A stretch of 32,000 nucleotides of DNA from Nostoc punctiforme PCC 73102 (GCF_000020025.1 NC_010628.1:960001-992000); one strand, 5' to 3'; counted from the first letter of the stretch, positions 1-9,866 are shown. Made by a program: numbers and translations. Notes: generated from the sequence alone by a model not told the origin.

Positions 1-302
1 CACGCGGTAATGTTCTCTGGAGTGATAAGACAAGTGCTATCATCCCAGAACTTTCTGTGGATGTGCCTATCGCTAATAAAACTAACGCCTACTTAACTGG
101 CGGTTATTCTTTTGTAGAAAAAGATGGCTCACCAACTCCTATAGGTAACAAAGATTCAGTAGTGCTAGGTGCTGGTGTTGAATCGGAAGTTGCTAACAAT
201 TTCCTTGTCTACACGAACGCTAAAGTTGGACTTGGTGCCTACCAAAATAGCGATGCTTCTGCTGTCACCATCAATGGCGGTCTTGGCTATCGCTTCAAAT
301 AA
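1..302 (+). CDS. C-terminal fragment of a putative outer-membrane beta-barrel/porin-like protein; the 5' end lies outside the window
   Basis: Frame 3 is open from the window edge to the TAA at 300-302. The sequence has alternating hydrophobic and Gly/Asn-rich beta-strand character and ends in GLGYRFK, an aromatic near-C-terminal OMP-like signature. No specific family was recognised. Confidence 0.4.
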   Translation, partial: RGNVLWSDKTSAIIPELSVDVPIANKTNAYLTGGYSFVEKDGSPTPIGNKDSVVLGAGVESEVANNFLVYTNAKVGLGAYQNSDASAVTINGGLGYRFK

Positions 303-566
303 AAAATTATTGAGTCCTCGGTCACTCTATACTTTACTTAAGTACTCAGGACTTAGCACGGGCTAAACGCCCCGCTACCGCTAACAAAACTCACTACTCC
401 CAAAAGCTGGTTTTGTTAAGTGTTACATCACTGACAAAGCCGGCTTTTGCCGTGGTAAAATTAAATCATTCCTCATTATTCCGGCCGAATTACCGGGGAT
501 CAAGTAGCCGAAGGGTGCTAGTTCGGTGTCTACGTAATGCTTTATTGAGAATACTATACAAGTCTA

Positions 567-2483
567 ATGGTTAAATCTGCTCCTTCCCCAATCGCTAGCC
601 GTAAGCCTTCCAAAGTAGAAGGAATCAAGGAAAATAGTAATTTTTTGCGTGAACCTGTAGCAACTGAAATCCTTCAAGATACTACCCATTTTACCGAAAA
701 TGCGGTGCAGCTTTTGAAGTTTCACGGTTCTTATCAGCAGGATAACCGCGACAACCGCACTAAGGGACAGGAAAAAGATTACCAGTTTATGCTGCGGACA
801 AAAAATCCGGGTGGTTTAGTACCGCCGCAGCTGTATCTGGCTTTAGATAAAATCGCTGATGAGTATGGCAACCACACGTTACGAGCAACTACCCGTCAAG
901 GTTTCCAACTGCACGGTATTTTAAAGAAGAATCTGAAATCAGCGATCGCCACAATTGTCAAGAATCTGGGTTCGACTTTGGGAGCTTGCGGTGACATTAA
1001 CCGAAATGTGATGGCACCACCAGCCCCCTTTAAGAATCGCCCAGAGTATCAGTATGCTTGGGAGTATGCTCAGAATATTGCTGACTTGCTGACAGCACAG
1101 ACGGGTGCTTATTACGAAATTTGGTTAGATGGGGAAAAAGCAATTAGTGCTGAAGAGAACCCAGAGGTGAAAGCAGCGCGACAGCGCAATGGGAATGGGA
1201 CAATTATCCATGACAACGAAGAACCGATTTATGGCACGTACTATATGCCCCGCAAGTTTAAAATTTGCGTGACGGTGCCAGGGGATAATTCGATTGATTT
1301 GTATTCTCAAGACCTGACATTGGTAGTGATTACCAATAAGAAGAAGCAATTAGAAGGATTTAATATTTTTGCTGGTGGCGGTTTAGGTAGAACCCACGGT
1401 AAAGAAGAAACTTTCGCTAGGTTAGCAGACCCCATTGGTTATGTGGCGAAAGATGATGTCTACGACATAGTGAAAGCGATTGTTGCTACTCAGAGAGATT
1501 ATGGCGATCGCACTGATCGTCGTCATGCCAGATTAAAATATTTAATTAACGATTGGGGCCTAGATAAATTCCGTGCCCAAGTTGAAGAATATTTTGGGAA
1601 ATCAGTCGAAGCCTTCAAACCACTGCCAGAGTTTAAATATTACGACTTCCTCGGCTGGAATGAACAAGGTGATGGCAAGCTATTCTTAGGAATTTCCATT
1701 GACAATGGTCGAATCAAAGATGAAGGTTCGTTTCAACTGAAAACCGCTTTGCGGGAAATTGTCGAGCAGTTCAACTTACACATCCGTCTGACAGCCAACC
1801 ATAACCTGATTTTTTACGATATCGAACCAGATAGCAAGCAAGCTATTCAAGACATTCTCAGCCGTCACGGTATCGTAGACGACCCTAGTAAAATAGAACC
1901 TTTAGTACGGTATGCAATGGCTTGTCCGGCTTTGCCCACTTGCGGCTTGGCAATCACAGAATCAGAACGAGCAATACCGGGTATTTTGGAAAGAGTTCGC
2001 GCCCTTTTAGATAAAGTTGGTTTGCAAAATGAACATTTTGTGGTAAGGATGACAGGATGCCCTAACGGTTGCGCTCGTCCCTACCTAGCAGAATTGGGCT
2101 TTGTCGGTAGCGCTCCAGAATCTTACCAATTATGGTTAGGAGGTTCGCCAAATCAGACTCGACTGGCACAACCTTATACAGAGAAGCTGCACCACAATGA
2201 CTTAGAAATCTTCTTAGAGCCAATTTTTGTTTACTTTAAGAAATCTCGGAAATCGAAGGAAAAATTCGGTGATTTTTGCGATCGCGTTGGTTTTGATGCC
2301 ATCCGCGAGTTTGCTGCTAGCTACGATCCTAACACCGCTAATGGTGCAAACAAATCACGTCACCGGGTCAATTTGAAAGAAGAAGTTTATAGCAAGTTGA
2401 AGGAAGTAGCAGAAAGCCAAGGGAAGCCGATGACTCAGTTAGTGACTGAAGCGCTAGAAGCCTACTTCCAGAATCTTTCGTAA
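567..2483 (+). CDS. sir: Ferredoxin-sulfite reductase (siroheme/4Fe-4S) with a C-terminal ribbon-helix-helix-like tail
   Basis: 638 aa. N-terminus [16 protein letters not shown]. NiR/SiR repeat motifs are present. Siroheme/Fe-S cysteine clusters are [11 protein letters not shown] and [10 protein letters not shown]. Confidence 0.92.
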   Translation: MVKSAPSPIASRKPSKVEGIKENSNFLREPVATEILQDTTHFTENAVQLLKFHGSYQQDNRDNRTKGQEKDYQFMLRTKNPGGLVPPQLYLALDKIADEYGNHTLRATTRQGFQLHGILKKNLKSAIATIVKNLGSTLGACGDINRNVMAPPAPFKNRPEYQYAWEYAQNIADLLTAQTGAYYEIWLDGEKAISAEENPEVKAARQRNGNGTIIHDNEEPIYGTYYMPRKFKICVTVPGDNSIDLYSQDLTLVVITNKKKQLEGFNIFAGGGLGRTHGKEETFARLADPIGYVAKDDVYDIVKAIVATQRDYGDRTDRRHARLKYLINDWGLDKFRAQVEEYFGKSVEAFKPLPEFKYYDFLGWNEQGDGKLFLGISIDNGRIKDEGSFQLKTALREIVEQFNLHIRLTANHNLIFYDIEPDSKQAIQDILSRHGIVDDPSKIEPLVRYAMACPALPTCGLAITESERAIPGILERVRALLDKVGLQNEHFVVRMTGCPNGCARPYLAELGFVGSAPESYQLWLGGSPNQTRLAQPYTEKLHHNDLEIFLEPIFVYFKKSRKSKEKFGDFCDRVGFDAIREFAASYDPNTANGANKSRHRVNLKEEVYSKLKEVAESQGKPMTQLVTEALEAYFQNLS

Positions 2484-2515
2484 GCTGAAAAATTGAAGAT
2501 AATGAAATTAAAGAG

Positions 2516-2545
2516 AGACACAGATAAATCCATCTGTGTCTTTCT
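2516..2545 (+). terminator. Rho-independent terminator candidate downstream of sir
   Basis: Perfect 10-bp stem AGACACAGAT (2516-2525) / ATCTGTGTCT (2532-2541) with a 6-nt loop, followed by TTCT. Confidence 0.6.
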
Positions 2546-2594
2546 CGCGTAAATCCTAATACAGCTGGTAACACATCCGCAGGAAGACTGAAGT

Positions 2595-3239
2595 ATGGTA
2601 ACAACAGCAAAATTCGCAGAAACTAGGGATGTGCTGCAAAACATCAGCTGGCAGACATTCAAAGCTATGCTGGCAGATATGGGATCTGAGCGAAATAAAA
2701 GGCTAGCTTATGACAACGGAATAGTAGAAATTATGACTCCGCTAATGCCGCACGAGAATTCAAACCGTCTCATCGAAGGTTTTGTTCTTGTGTTGTGTGA
2801 AGAATTTGGTTTAGAAGTTAAAAGCGCTGGCTCATTGACTATGATGCGGGATGACTTGGAGCAAGGAGGCGAGCCGGACAGTAGTTACTATATCCAAAAT
2901 GAATTCTTAGTCCGCAACAAAGAAAATATTGACCTGAATACAGACCCACCACCAGATATAGTACTGGAAGTGGAATATTCCAGACCCAAGATAGACAAGT
3001 TAAGCCTTTATGCTTCAATGGGAGTCCCAGAATTCTGGCGGTATAACGGAAATGTCTTGAGGATCTACACCCTTAACAGTGGACAATACTCGCAAAGCGA
3101 TCGCAGTCCAACTTTTGCGCCTGTTTTGGTGACGGAGATTCCCCAATTTATCCAAGAAAGCAAGAAAGTTGGACAAATAGCAGCAACTCGTGCTTTCCGT
3201 ACCTGGGTTAGACAACAGATATCTACAGCAAGGCAATAA
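2595..3239 (+). CDS. Uma2-family (DUF820) putative restriction-endonuclease-like protein
   Basis: 214 aa. Shows the typical cyanobacterial Uma2 pattern: ISWQTFKAML, YDNGIVEIMTP, PDIVLEVEYS, VPEFWRY. Confidence 0.8.
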   Translation: MVTTAKFAETRDVLQNISWQTFKAMLADMGSERNKRLAYDNGIVEIMTPLMPHENSNRLIEGFVLVLCEEFGLEVKSAGSLTMMRDDLEQGGEPDSSYYIQNEFLVRNKENIDLNTDPPPDIVLEVEYSRPKIDKLSLYASMGVPEFWRYNGNVLRIYTLNSGQYSQSDRSPTFAPVLVTEIPQFIQESKKVGQIAATRAFRTWVRQQISTARQ

Positions 3240-3252
3240 TTCATTAAGAAAA

Positions 3253-4002
3253 ATGTCTCAACTGCAAAGAATTGCGATCGCACCCTCCCAATTTCAACAA
3301 GGGCAAATTTTACTCACCAAAGAACAACAACATTATTTGGGGCGTGTGTTGCGCTTGCGTGAAGGCGATCGCTTTATTGCAATGGATGGTAAAGGAAAAT
3401 GGTGGTTAGCGCAGCTAGCAGGGGAGCAGGCACAGGTTTTAGAATCGCTTTTGGTGGAAACTGAATTACCTGTATCGATTACGCTGATGGTGGCGTTACC
3501 CAAAGGCAATGGATTTGATGAAGTTGTGCGGTGTTGTACAGAGTTGGGAGTAACTTGTATTGCACCAGTATTAAGCGATCGCACTTTGCTCGATCCTAGT
3601 CCTCAAAAGCTCGAACGTTGGCGGCGCATCGCTGCGGAAGCCGCCGAACAATCAGAGCGCTCTTTTGTGCCAACAATTTTAGAGCCTGTTGCTTTTAATA
3701 CGGGTTTGTCATTGGTCATTGGTCATTTGTCATTTGCCAACAGTCAGCAATATATTTGTGAAGCGCGTGCTGAGTTTCCCCATTTAAAACATTGCTTACA
3801 GCACAAAGGACAAATGACAAGTGACAAAGGACAAGAAACCATTGTCATTGCTACTGGCCCAGAGGGAGGATGGACAACACAAGAAATTGAGAATGCGATC
3901 GCATCTGGATTTCAACCTGTTTCCCTTGGTCGCCGCATTCTGAGAGCAGTTACAGCCCCAGTAGTAGCATTATCCTTAATTACCGCAAGTTGTGAAGTAT
4001 AA
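3253..4002 (+). CDS. rsmE: 16S rRNA (uracil1498-N3)-methyltransferase RsmE
   Basis: Starts at the ATG giving MSQLQRIAIAP. Motifs are HYLGRVLRLREGD, ALPKG..FDEVVRCCTELGV, RWRRIAAEAAEQSER and GPEGGWT..EI. The upstream ORF extension to 3190 overlaps the Uma2 gene and is unlikely to be real. Confidence 0.88.
   Translation: MSQLQRIAIAPSQFQQGQILLTKEQQHYLGRVLRLREGDRFIAMDGKGKWWLAQLAGEQAQVLESLLVETELPVSITLMVALPKGNGFDEVVRCCTELGVTCIAPVLSDRTLLDPSPQKLERWRRIAAEAAEQSERSFVPTILEPVAFNTGLSLVIGHLSFANSQQYICEARAEFPHLKHCLQHKGQMTSDKGQETIVIATGPEGGWTTQEIENAIASGFQPVSLGRRILRAVTAPVVALSLITASCEV
3705..3738. repeat. In-frame heptamer (STRR-like) tract inside rsmE: TTTGTCA/TTGGTCA units
   Basis: Sequence tttgtcattggtcattggtcatttgtcatttgcc encodes LSLVIGHLSFA. 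It is complementary to the tract at 3805-3835. Confidence 0.8.
3805..3835. repeat. In-frame heptamer tract inside rsmE, inverted relative to 3705-3738
   Basis: Sequence aaaggacaaatgacaagtgacaaaggacaag encodes KGQMTSDKGQ. It approximates the reverse complement of the TTTGTCA-type units. Confidence 0.8.
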
Positions 4003-4067
4003 ATGATTTATAGCTCACGCAAAAGTGATTTTGCGCGAGACATCACTCCATCCTGTATTTAAAGTAA

Positions 4068-5135
4068 GTGATGATTGAGCAAGTTGCGATCGCCTTTGAC
4101 CATAAAGACTATCAAACAGCTGCGAAATTACTCAAACAGCTGCTAATAGAATCACCAGACAATCCTTGGGTACAATTTTATCTTGGTCGGTTGCATGAAG
4201 TATCCACAAAGTATCAGGATGCGGAAAAAGTTTATCGGCAACTGCTGCAAGACACGACAAATACCAAAATAGTGTCGCTAGCACGTCAAGGTTTGCAACG
4301 ACTGCAAGAAATTGAGATTGAACAAAGACAAAGAGCCATTTCCCAAGCAAAATCTGAACCTAATAACACTGAACTTGGCGTACTAGTTTTAGAGCCACTC
4401 AGTAACGAGATGAAAACCGACGCATCTCGAAAATTTGCCCAGATTATGCAGCTAGATCCCTATACCGCACGGCTATTAATGCCAAGTCGTGGCTGGAGGT
4501 TGTACCGTACTGGACAAGTGGGAGAACTAAAATTTTACGGCAAACAGTTACAGCAGGCTGGTATTCCTTGCTTTTGGGCAACAATAGCTCAAATTCAGCA
4601 AATTCAAGTTTATCAAGTCAAACATTTTCAAGAATCTACCCCACAAGCTACTGTAGTTTGCTGTAATGATACAAATCAACTCGGTTCTCTCACCTTTGAC
4701 TGGTCAGAAGTTACAGCCAGAGTAGTGGGACTATTGCCCATTTTTGAACAAGTTGTAGATGTCAATGCCCGCCGTAAACTGGAATGGAAAACTCAAACAC
4801 AAGACTATGCTCAATTTTGTGATTTACACCTACCTGGTAGACGTTGCATTCTTCGATTTGATGATAACGGCTATGAATTCCAGCAAGGTTTAAAAATCAT
4901 TCCCCAAGCTAGCCAAAATACAATCAGAATTAATTGGAATAGTTTATCAAGTTGGATTGACCAGCAACTACCTCAAGTTAAAATTTGGTCAGATTTCACA
5001 TCATTTGCAGATACAACATTAGATCAAACAGAAATGTTGGGTCATATCAAGTCACATATTCATTTGCTTCGCAGGGAACAGACTAATTGGGACTCAGCTT
5101 TTCATTTATATAGTGGACTGGTGTTTCTTAAATAA
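4068..5135 (+). CDS. Conserved hypothetical protein with an N-terminal TPR-like motif
   Basis: 355-aa ORF starting at GTG 4068 or ATG 4071. The N-terminus AFDHKDYQTAAKLLKQLL...FYLGRLHEVSTKYQDAEKVYRQLL is TPR-like. The rest was not recognised. Confidence 0.7.
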   Translation: MMIEQVAIAFDHKDYQTAAKLLKQLLIESPDNPWVQFYLGRLHEVSTKYQDAEKVYRQLLQDTTNTKIVSLARQGLQRLQEIEIEQRQRAISQAKSEPNNTELGVLVLEPLSNEMKTDASRKFAQIMQLDPYTARLLMPSRGWRLYRTGQVGELKFYGKQLQQAGIPCFWATIAQIQQIQVYQVKHFQESTPQATVVCCNDTNQLGSLTFDWSEVTARVVGLLPIFEQVVDVNARRKLEWKTQTQDYAQFCDLHLPGRRCILRFDDNGYEFQQGLKIIPQASQNTIRINWNSLSSWIDQQLPQVKIWSDFTSFADTTLDQTEMLGHIKSHIHLLRREQTNWDSAFHLYSGLVFLK

Positions 5136-5203
5136 TTCGTAATTCGTAATTCAGTTACCTATTACCTAATACCCTTGGATTAGGCATTTTTCCTCTTTAC
5201 GTC

Positions 5204-5545
5204 CTTCTCTAAGAGACGCTTCTCTACGTTTGTGTAGCATGTCAGAGAACTCGAATGCGCGTCTTTTGAGGTGTCCTACGGGTTAGCCTTTGGCATTCTC
5301 GTAGAGTAGTCGCTTTGCGTCTACGTTATAAAAATTGACTTTGGCAAAGATTTTTAGCCTTAGCTGAACTGTATTGATTCATTAACTACCTTAAAAAAGC
5401 AGTTCATAAATCAATCAAATGGGAGTACTATTCGCTTTTCTGAACTACAGCGATGTCTACGATGGTCACTGAGCTTGTCGTACCACTTCGTGGAAGCAAG
5501 CTACGCGGAGCGTCTCGTAGAGAAGTGTGGGCTACGCCTACGCAC
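5204..5545. repeat. Nest of small dispersed repeats, a MITE-like composite
   Basis: 17-nt inverted repeats cttctctaagagacgct (5204-5220) and agcgtctcgtagagaag (5509-5525), with one mismatch. Segment 5433-5545 is a longer copy of the element at 9253-9324. Confidence 0.7.
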
Positions 5546-5706
5546 CCTTTTTCTTCCAGATATCAAAAGTTTTTCTTGGTGTCTTTGTCTGAGATTATCA
5601 TCCGTTATTCCAGTTAGTGAAAAAATAATGATAAATTGCAGGTAAAACACTGACAGAGTGAATTAATAAAATGTAATCTACCTGAAACTTAATGTTTACT
5701 TAATAA

Positions 5707-6546
5707 ATGATTTGTAACTCACAAATAGCAGAAGGTTGGCATGGGAAACTTAATTTAGTCTATGCCGATCGCCAGGGTGCAACCCAGTTAATTTACAATC
5801 AACAACAAGCGCCCCTGAAGGTACAACGCCCATTTTATCCAGAAGCGGAAAAAGTTTGTCATAGCGTAATTTTACATACAGCTGGGGGAATGGTGGGAGG
5901 CGATCGCTTATCCTCTAACATCCACCTCCAACCCCAAGCCCAAGCCTTAATTACTACAGCTGCTGCAAGCAAAATATATCGCAGCAATGGATTACAAGCT
6001 AGGCAAACCATCCAGATGCAAGTTGATCCTGGTGCTTGTTTGGAGTGGTTGCCGCAGGAGACAATTTTATTTAACGACGCGATTTATCGGCAAGATTTAC
6101 GGGTAGAATTAGCAACCGGGGCCAGTTGGTTAGGCTGGGAAATTACCCGGTTTGGTCGCAGTGCTAGAGGAGAAAAATTCTTGCAAGGGGAATGGCGATC
6201 GCACACAGAGATTTGGCAGCAAAGCGTTCCTTTATGGATTGATCGGCAATGCTTACGAGGTAGCGAAGACATTTTCCACAGTCCCCACGGCTTGGCTGGA
6301 AAACCAATAGTAGGTAGTTTAGTTTGGGTTGGTGGTGCAGTTTCAGCAGAAATTGTCGAAAAAACACGGAGTTTATGGAATGGGGAAGGAGAAGTGGGTG
6401 CTAGCCGATTACAACATGGATTATTGTGCCGATATCGCGGTTCTTCTACTTCTGAGGTGAGAAACTGGTTTATTGATGTTTGGCAGTTGCTACGAGTTTC
6501 TTTTCTGAATCGTGGTAATTGTATACCAAGAGTGTGGCAGGTTTGA
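5707..6546 (+). CDS. ureD: Urease accessory protein UreD
   Basis: 279 aa. Motifs are GWHGKLNLVY, PLKVQRPFYPE, LHTAGGMVGGDRL and EWLPQETI. It sits immediately upstream of ureABC. Confidence 0.9.
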   Translation: MICNSQIAEGWHGKLNLVYADRQGATQLIYNQQQAPLKVQRPFYPEAEKVCHSVILHTAGGMVGGDRLSSNIHLQPQAQALITTAAASKIYRSNGLQARQTIQMQVDPGACLEWLPQETILFNDAIYRQDLRVELATGASWLGWEITRFGRSARGEKFLQGEWRSHTEIWQQSVPLWIDRQCLRGSEDIFHSPHGLAGKPIVGSLVWVGGAVSAEIVEKTRSLWNGEGEVGASRLQHGLLCRYRGSSTSEVRNWFIDVWQLLRVSFLNRGNCIPRVWQV

Positions 6547-6585
6547 ACAAACCGCAGAGGTGCAGAGAACACAGAGGAGATAAGA

Positions 6586-6888
6586 ATGCAACTTACGCCG
6601 CAGGAAAAAGATAAGCTATTAATTTTTACTGCTGCTTTATTAGCAGAAAGACGTAAAGGAAGGGGTTTAAAACTGAATTATCCTGAAGCGATCGCTTATA
6701 TTTCTGCTGCCATTTTAGAAGGAGCGAGAGATGGGCAAACTGTGGCTGAATTGATGAGTTATGGTACAACACTATTAACGCGGGATGATGTCATGGAAGG
6801 GATACCAGAAATGGTACATGATGTGCAAGTTGAAGCTACTTTTCCTGATGGTACAAAGTTAGTAACAGTACATAATCCAATTCGTTAA
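6586..6888 (+). CDS. ureA: Urease gamma subunit
   Basis: 100 aa. [35 protein letters not shown] is canonical UreA. Confidence 0.97.
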   Translation: MQLTPQEKDKLLIFTAALLAERRKGRGLKLNYPEAIAYISAAILEGARDGQTVAELMSYGTTLLTRDDVMEGIPEMVHDVQVEATFPDGTKLVTVHNPIR

Positions 6889-6909
6889 TTTTGTAAGTTT
6901 GAATTTATT

Positions 6910-7215
6910 ATGATTCCTGGGGAAATTATCACACCAGCAGGTGAAATTGAACTAAATGTTGGTCGTCCAACTATAAAATTACAAGTGTCAAATACAGGCG
7001 ATCGCCCCATACAAGTAGGTTCTCATTATCACTTTTATGAAGTTAACACCGCCTTAAACTTTGACAGAGAACAAGCTAGAGGAATGCGCCTTGATATCCC
7101 CGCCGGAACCGCTGTCCGCTTTGAACCAGGCGATGAAAAAGAAATCATCTTAGTCCCCCTCGTCGGTACTCGCCAAGTCTACGGCTTCAACGCCAAAATT
7201 AATGGAAACCTCTAA
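6910..7215 (+). CDS. ureB: Urease beta subunit
   Basis: 101 aa. MIPGEI...[19 protein letters not shown] is canonical UreB. Confidence 0.97.
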   Translation: MIPGEIITPAGEIELNVGRPTIKLQVSNTGDRPIQVGSHYHFYEVNTALNFDREQARGMRLDIPAGTAVRFEPGDEKEIILVPLVGTRQVYGFNAKINGNL

Positions 7216-7278
7216 AAACCCTCTGCGTACCTCTGCGCTTCCCTCCGCGTCTCTTTGCGTTAAAAAAAAGGATTTTAT

Positions 7279-8994
7279 ATGCCTTACAGAATGGATCGCC
7301 GCGCCTACGCTGAAACCTACGGCCCAACAGTAGGTGATCGCATCCGGCTTGCAGACACAGAATTATTTATTGAAGTTGAACAAGATTTCACAAGCTATGG
7401 CGATGAAGTGAAATTTGGCGGCGGTAAAGTTATCAGAGACGGAATGGGACAATCCCCCATTGCTAACGCTGATGGTGCTGTAGATTTAGTAATTACTAAT
7501 GCCTTAATTCTCGATTGGTGGGGAATTGTCAAAGCGGATATTGGCATTAAAGATGGCAAGATTTTCAAAATTGGTAAAGCCGGAAATCCTTATATTCAAG
7601 ACAATGTAGATATTATTATTGGCCCCGGAACTGAAGCCTTAGCTGGTGAAGGAATGATTCTCACTGCTGGTGGTATTGATGCCCATATTCATTTTATTTG
7701 CCCCCAACAGATTGAAGTTGCGATCGCTTCCGGTATTACCACCATGATTGGCGGCGGTACTGGCCCAGCTACGGGTACAAATGCCACTACTTGCACCCCC
7801 GGCCCTTGGAATATTTACCGAATGCTGCAAGCTGCTGATGCTTTCCCCGTCAATTTAGGATTTTTGGGCAAAGGTAACGCCAGCAAACCCCAAGGGCTTG
7901 TAGAACAGGTAGCCGCCGGTGCAATGGGGTTAAAACTTCATGAAGACTGGGGAACTACGCCCGCAGCAATTGATACTTGCCTCAGTGTTGCTGCTACTTA
8001 TGATGTGCAAGTAGCGATTCATACTGATACCCTGAACGAAGCCGGATTTGTCGAAGATACGATCGCAGCTTTCAAAAATCGCGTCATCCACACCTACCAC
8101 ACCGAAGGCGCAGGCGGCGGACACGCACCAGATATTATCAAAGTTTGCGGTCAAGCCAACGTTTTACCATCTTCCACTAACCCCACACGTCCTTACACCC
8201 TCAACACCTTAGATGAACACCTGGATATGTTGATGGTATGTCATCACCTCGATCCTGCGATCGCTGAAGATGTGGCTTTTGCTGAGTCTCGCATCCGCCG
8301 AGAAACCATTGCCGCCGAAGATATTTTGCACGACTTAGGCGCATTTAGTATGATTTCCTCCGACTCTCAGGCAATGGGAAGAGTAGGCGAAGTGATAATT
8401 CGCACCTGGCAGACATCTCACAAAATGAAGGTGCAGAGGGGAATTCTTAACCCACAGGGAAACGAGCAAAAAGCAGATAATTTTCGGGCAAAAAGATATG
8501 TTGCTAAGTATACAATTAACCCTGCGATCGCTCATGGAATTGCTCAATATGTAGGTTCAGTGGAAGAGGGAAAATTAGCAGATTTATGTTTATGGCATCC
8601 CGCATTTTTTGGCGTGAAACCAGAGATAGTGATTAAAGGCGGAATGATTGCATGGTCGCAAATGGGTGATGCTAACGCCAGTATTCCCACACCGCAACCA
8701 GTTTATATGCGCCCAATGTTTGGTAGTTTTGCAGGGGCGCGTCATGCCACATCATTAACTTTTGTTTCACAAGCAGCTTTAGAGAACGAAATTCCTAGCC
8801 AGCTAGGTTTACAAAAGGCAGCAGTAGCAGTTTCTGGAACACGCCAATTGAGCAAGCGGGATATGAAGCTGAATGATGCACTACCCCACATTGAAGTAGA
8901 TCCAGAAACATATCAAGTCAGAGCAGATGGTGAGTTGCTGATTTGTGAACCTGCGACAGTTTTACCAATGGCACAGAGGTACTTTTTGTTTTAG
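7279..8994 (+). CDS. ureC: Urease alpha subunit
   Basis: 571 aa. Nickel-site motifs are [34 protein letters not shown] and MVCHHLD. Confidence 0.98.
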   Translation: MPYRMDRRAYAETYGPTVGDRIRLADTELFIEVEQDFTSYGDEVKFGGGKVIRDGMGQSPIANADGAVDLVITNALILDWWGIVKADIGIKDGKIFKIGKAGNPYIQDNVDIIIGPGTEALAGEGMILTAGGIDAHIHFICPQQIEVAIASGITTMIGGGTGPATGTNATTCTPGPWNIYRMLQAADAFPVNLGFLGKGNASKPQGLVEQVAAGAMGLKLHEDWGTTPAAIDTCLSVAATYDVQVAIHTDTLNEAGFVEDTIAAFKNRVIHTYHTEGAGGGHAPDIIKVCGQANVLPSSTNPTRPYTLNTLDEHLDMLMVCHHLDPAIAEDVAFAESRIRRETIAAEDILHDLGAFSMISSDSQAMGRVGEVIIRTWQTSHKMKVQRGILNPQGNEQKADNFRAKRYVAKYTINPAIAHGIAQYVGSVEEGKLADLCLWHPAFFGVKPEIVIKGGMIAWSQMGDANASIPTPQPVYMRPMFGSFAGARHATSLTFVSQAALENEIPSQLGLQKAAVAVSGTRQLSKRDMKLNDALPHIEVDPETYQVRADGELLICEPATVLPMAQRYFLF

Positions 8995-8997
8995 TTC

Positions 8998-9252
8998 ATG
9001 AGCGAGCAACTTACTGATTACGATAGTTCTTGGAAAGAAGTCATCGAGCTATATTTTCCCCGCTTTCTAGAATTATTTGAGTTCCCTGTGGCGAAACTGT
9101 TGGACTATGAGCAAGGGTGGAAAACTTTAGAGTAAACTACCAATCCTTTTGGTGTAATTGTGATGGCACATCTCAAGACCAAGACAACGAAACGAAACTC
9201 AGAAAATCGGCCAGGATTAATTTGGCTCATGAGTTTTTATGGAAAAGTGGAA
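8998..9252 (+). pseudogene. Decayed remnant of a cyanobacterial PD-(D/E)XK/transposase-like family, with an internal deletion and an in-frame stop
   Basis: MSEQLTDYDSSWKEVIELYFPRFLELF is joined directly to FPVAKLLDYEQGWKTLE. A TAA follows at 9133-9135, then the same frame continues as TTNPFGVIVMAHLKTKTTKRNSENR. The remnant is truncated by the repeat starting at 9253. The family was recognised from memory only. Confidence 0.5.
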
Positions 9253-9324
9253 GTGCGTAGGCGTAGCCCGCACTTCGGCTGCGCTCAGTGACCGTCGTAG
9301 ACATCGCTGTAGTTCAAAAAAGCG
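9253..9324 (-). repeat. Small dispersed repeat, a short un-nested copy of 5433-5545
   Basis: The reverse complement cgcttttttgaactacagcgatgtctacgacggtcactgagc...gggctacgcctacgcac matches both ends of 5433-5545. Confidence 0.8.
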
Positions 9325-9372
9325 ATACGATAAGACTTAAATCGCTCCAAATAGTAACATCTACATACAATA

Positions 9373-9603
9373 ATGGAAAGATTGCTAAACATCCATATTG
9401 AAAAATTACCAGAAGGCGTTTATTTAGCAACATCTGATGAGCTTCAAGGTTTAGTAGCTCAAGGACGGACTGTTGCTGAAACTTTAGAAATTGCCCGTGA
9501 TGTAGCGCGTAAGTTATTAGAAGCACAATCTCAGGATCAAGAACTAGATTATTTGCAACCAATAGCTGAACAATTTAACTATCCTTTAGTTGTAGGTGAG
9601 TAG
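9373..9603 (+). CDS. hicB: HicB-family antitoxin, short form lacking a DNA-binding domain
   Basis: 76 aa. IHIEKLPEGVYLATSDELQGLVAQGRTVAETLEIARDVARKLLE matches the HicB/UPF0150 fold signature. It sits directly upstream of hicA. Confidence 0.75.
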   Translation: MERLLNIHIEKLPEGVYLATSDELQGLVAQGRTVAETLEIARDVARKLLEAQSQDQELDYLQPIAEQFNYPLVVGE

Positions 9604-9610
9604 TTTATTC

Positions 9611-9838
9611 ATGGGACGGCTAGCTGGGTTTAGCTATAGACAGATTATCAAAATATTAAAAACCTTTGGCTTTGTTTTTCATCGTCAAGCCGCAGGGAGT
9701 CATGAAATCTGGTTTAATCCTGAAACTAATCGTTACACTACTATTCCCAATCATTCTGGTGATATGCCAGAAGGAACATTACGTGCAATTTTAAAGCAAA
9801 CTGCTATTGAACCTGAAGATTTTCTTAACCGCTCTTAG
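9611..9838 (+). CDS. hicA: HicA-family mRNA interferase toxin
   Basis: ATG at 9611. MGRLAGFSYRQIIKILKTFGFVFHRQAAGSHEIWFNPETNRYTTIPNHSGDMPEGTLRAILKQ matches the HicA/YcfA signature, including the conserved GSH. Confidence 0.82.
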   Translation: MGRLAGFSYRQIIKILKTFGFVFHRQAAGSHEIWFNPETNRYTTIPNHSGDMPEGTLRAILKQTAIEPEDFLNRS

Positions 9839-9866
9839 TAATAAAGGGGATTTTTATTCATTTTGA

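Noticed and set aside
169-366. 65-aa plus-strand ORF overlapping the porin-like fragment in another frame
   Set aside because: It overlaps a better-supported frame that is open to the window edge. It has low-complexity Leu/Ser-rich sequence.
5642-5655. NtcA-like site GTA-N8-ACA upstream of ureD, with a TAATCT -10 candidate at 5674-5679
   Set aside because: Only half of the palindrome (GTA) is canonical, and the second half is ACA rather than TAC. Spacing to a real TSS is unknown. The evidence is too weak to call without TSS data.
6084-6572. 162-aa ORF antisense to ureD
   Set aside because: It lies entirely within the well-supported ureD gene on the opposite strand. Its composition is Cys/Arg/Pro-rich and implausible, and no motif was recognised. 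It is a typical shadow ORF.
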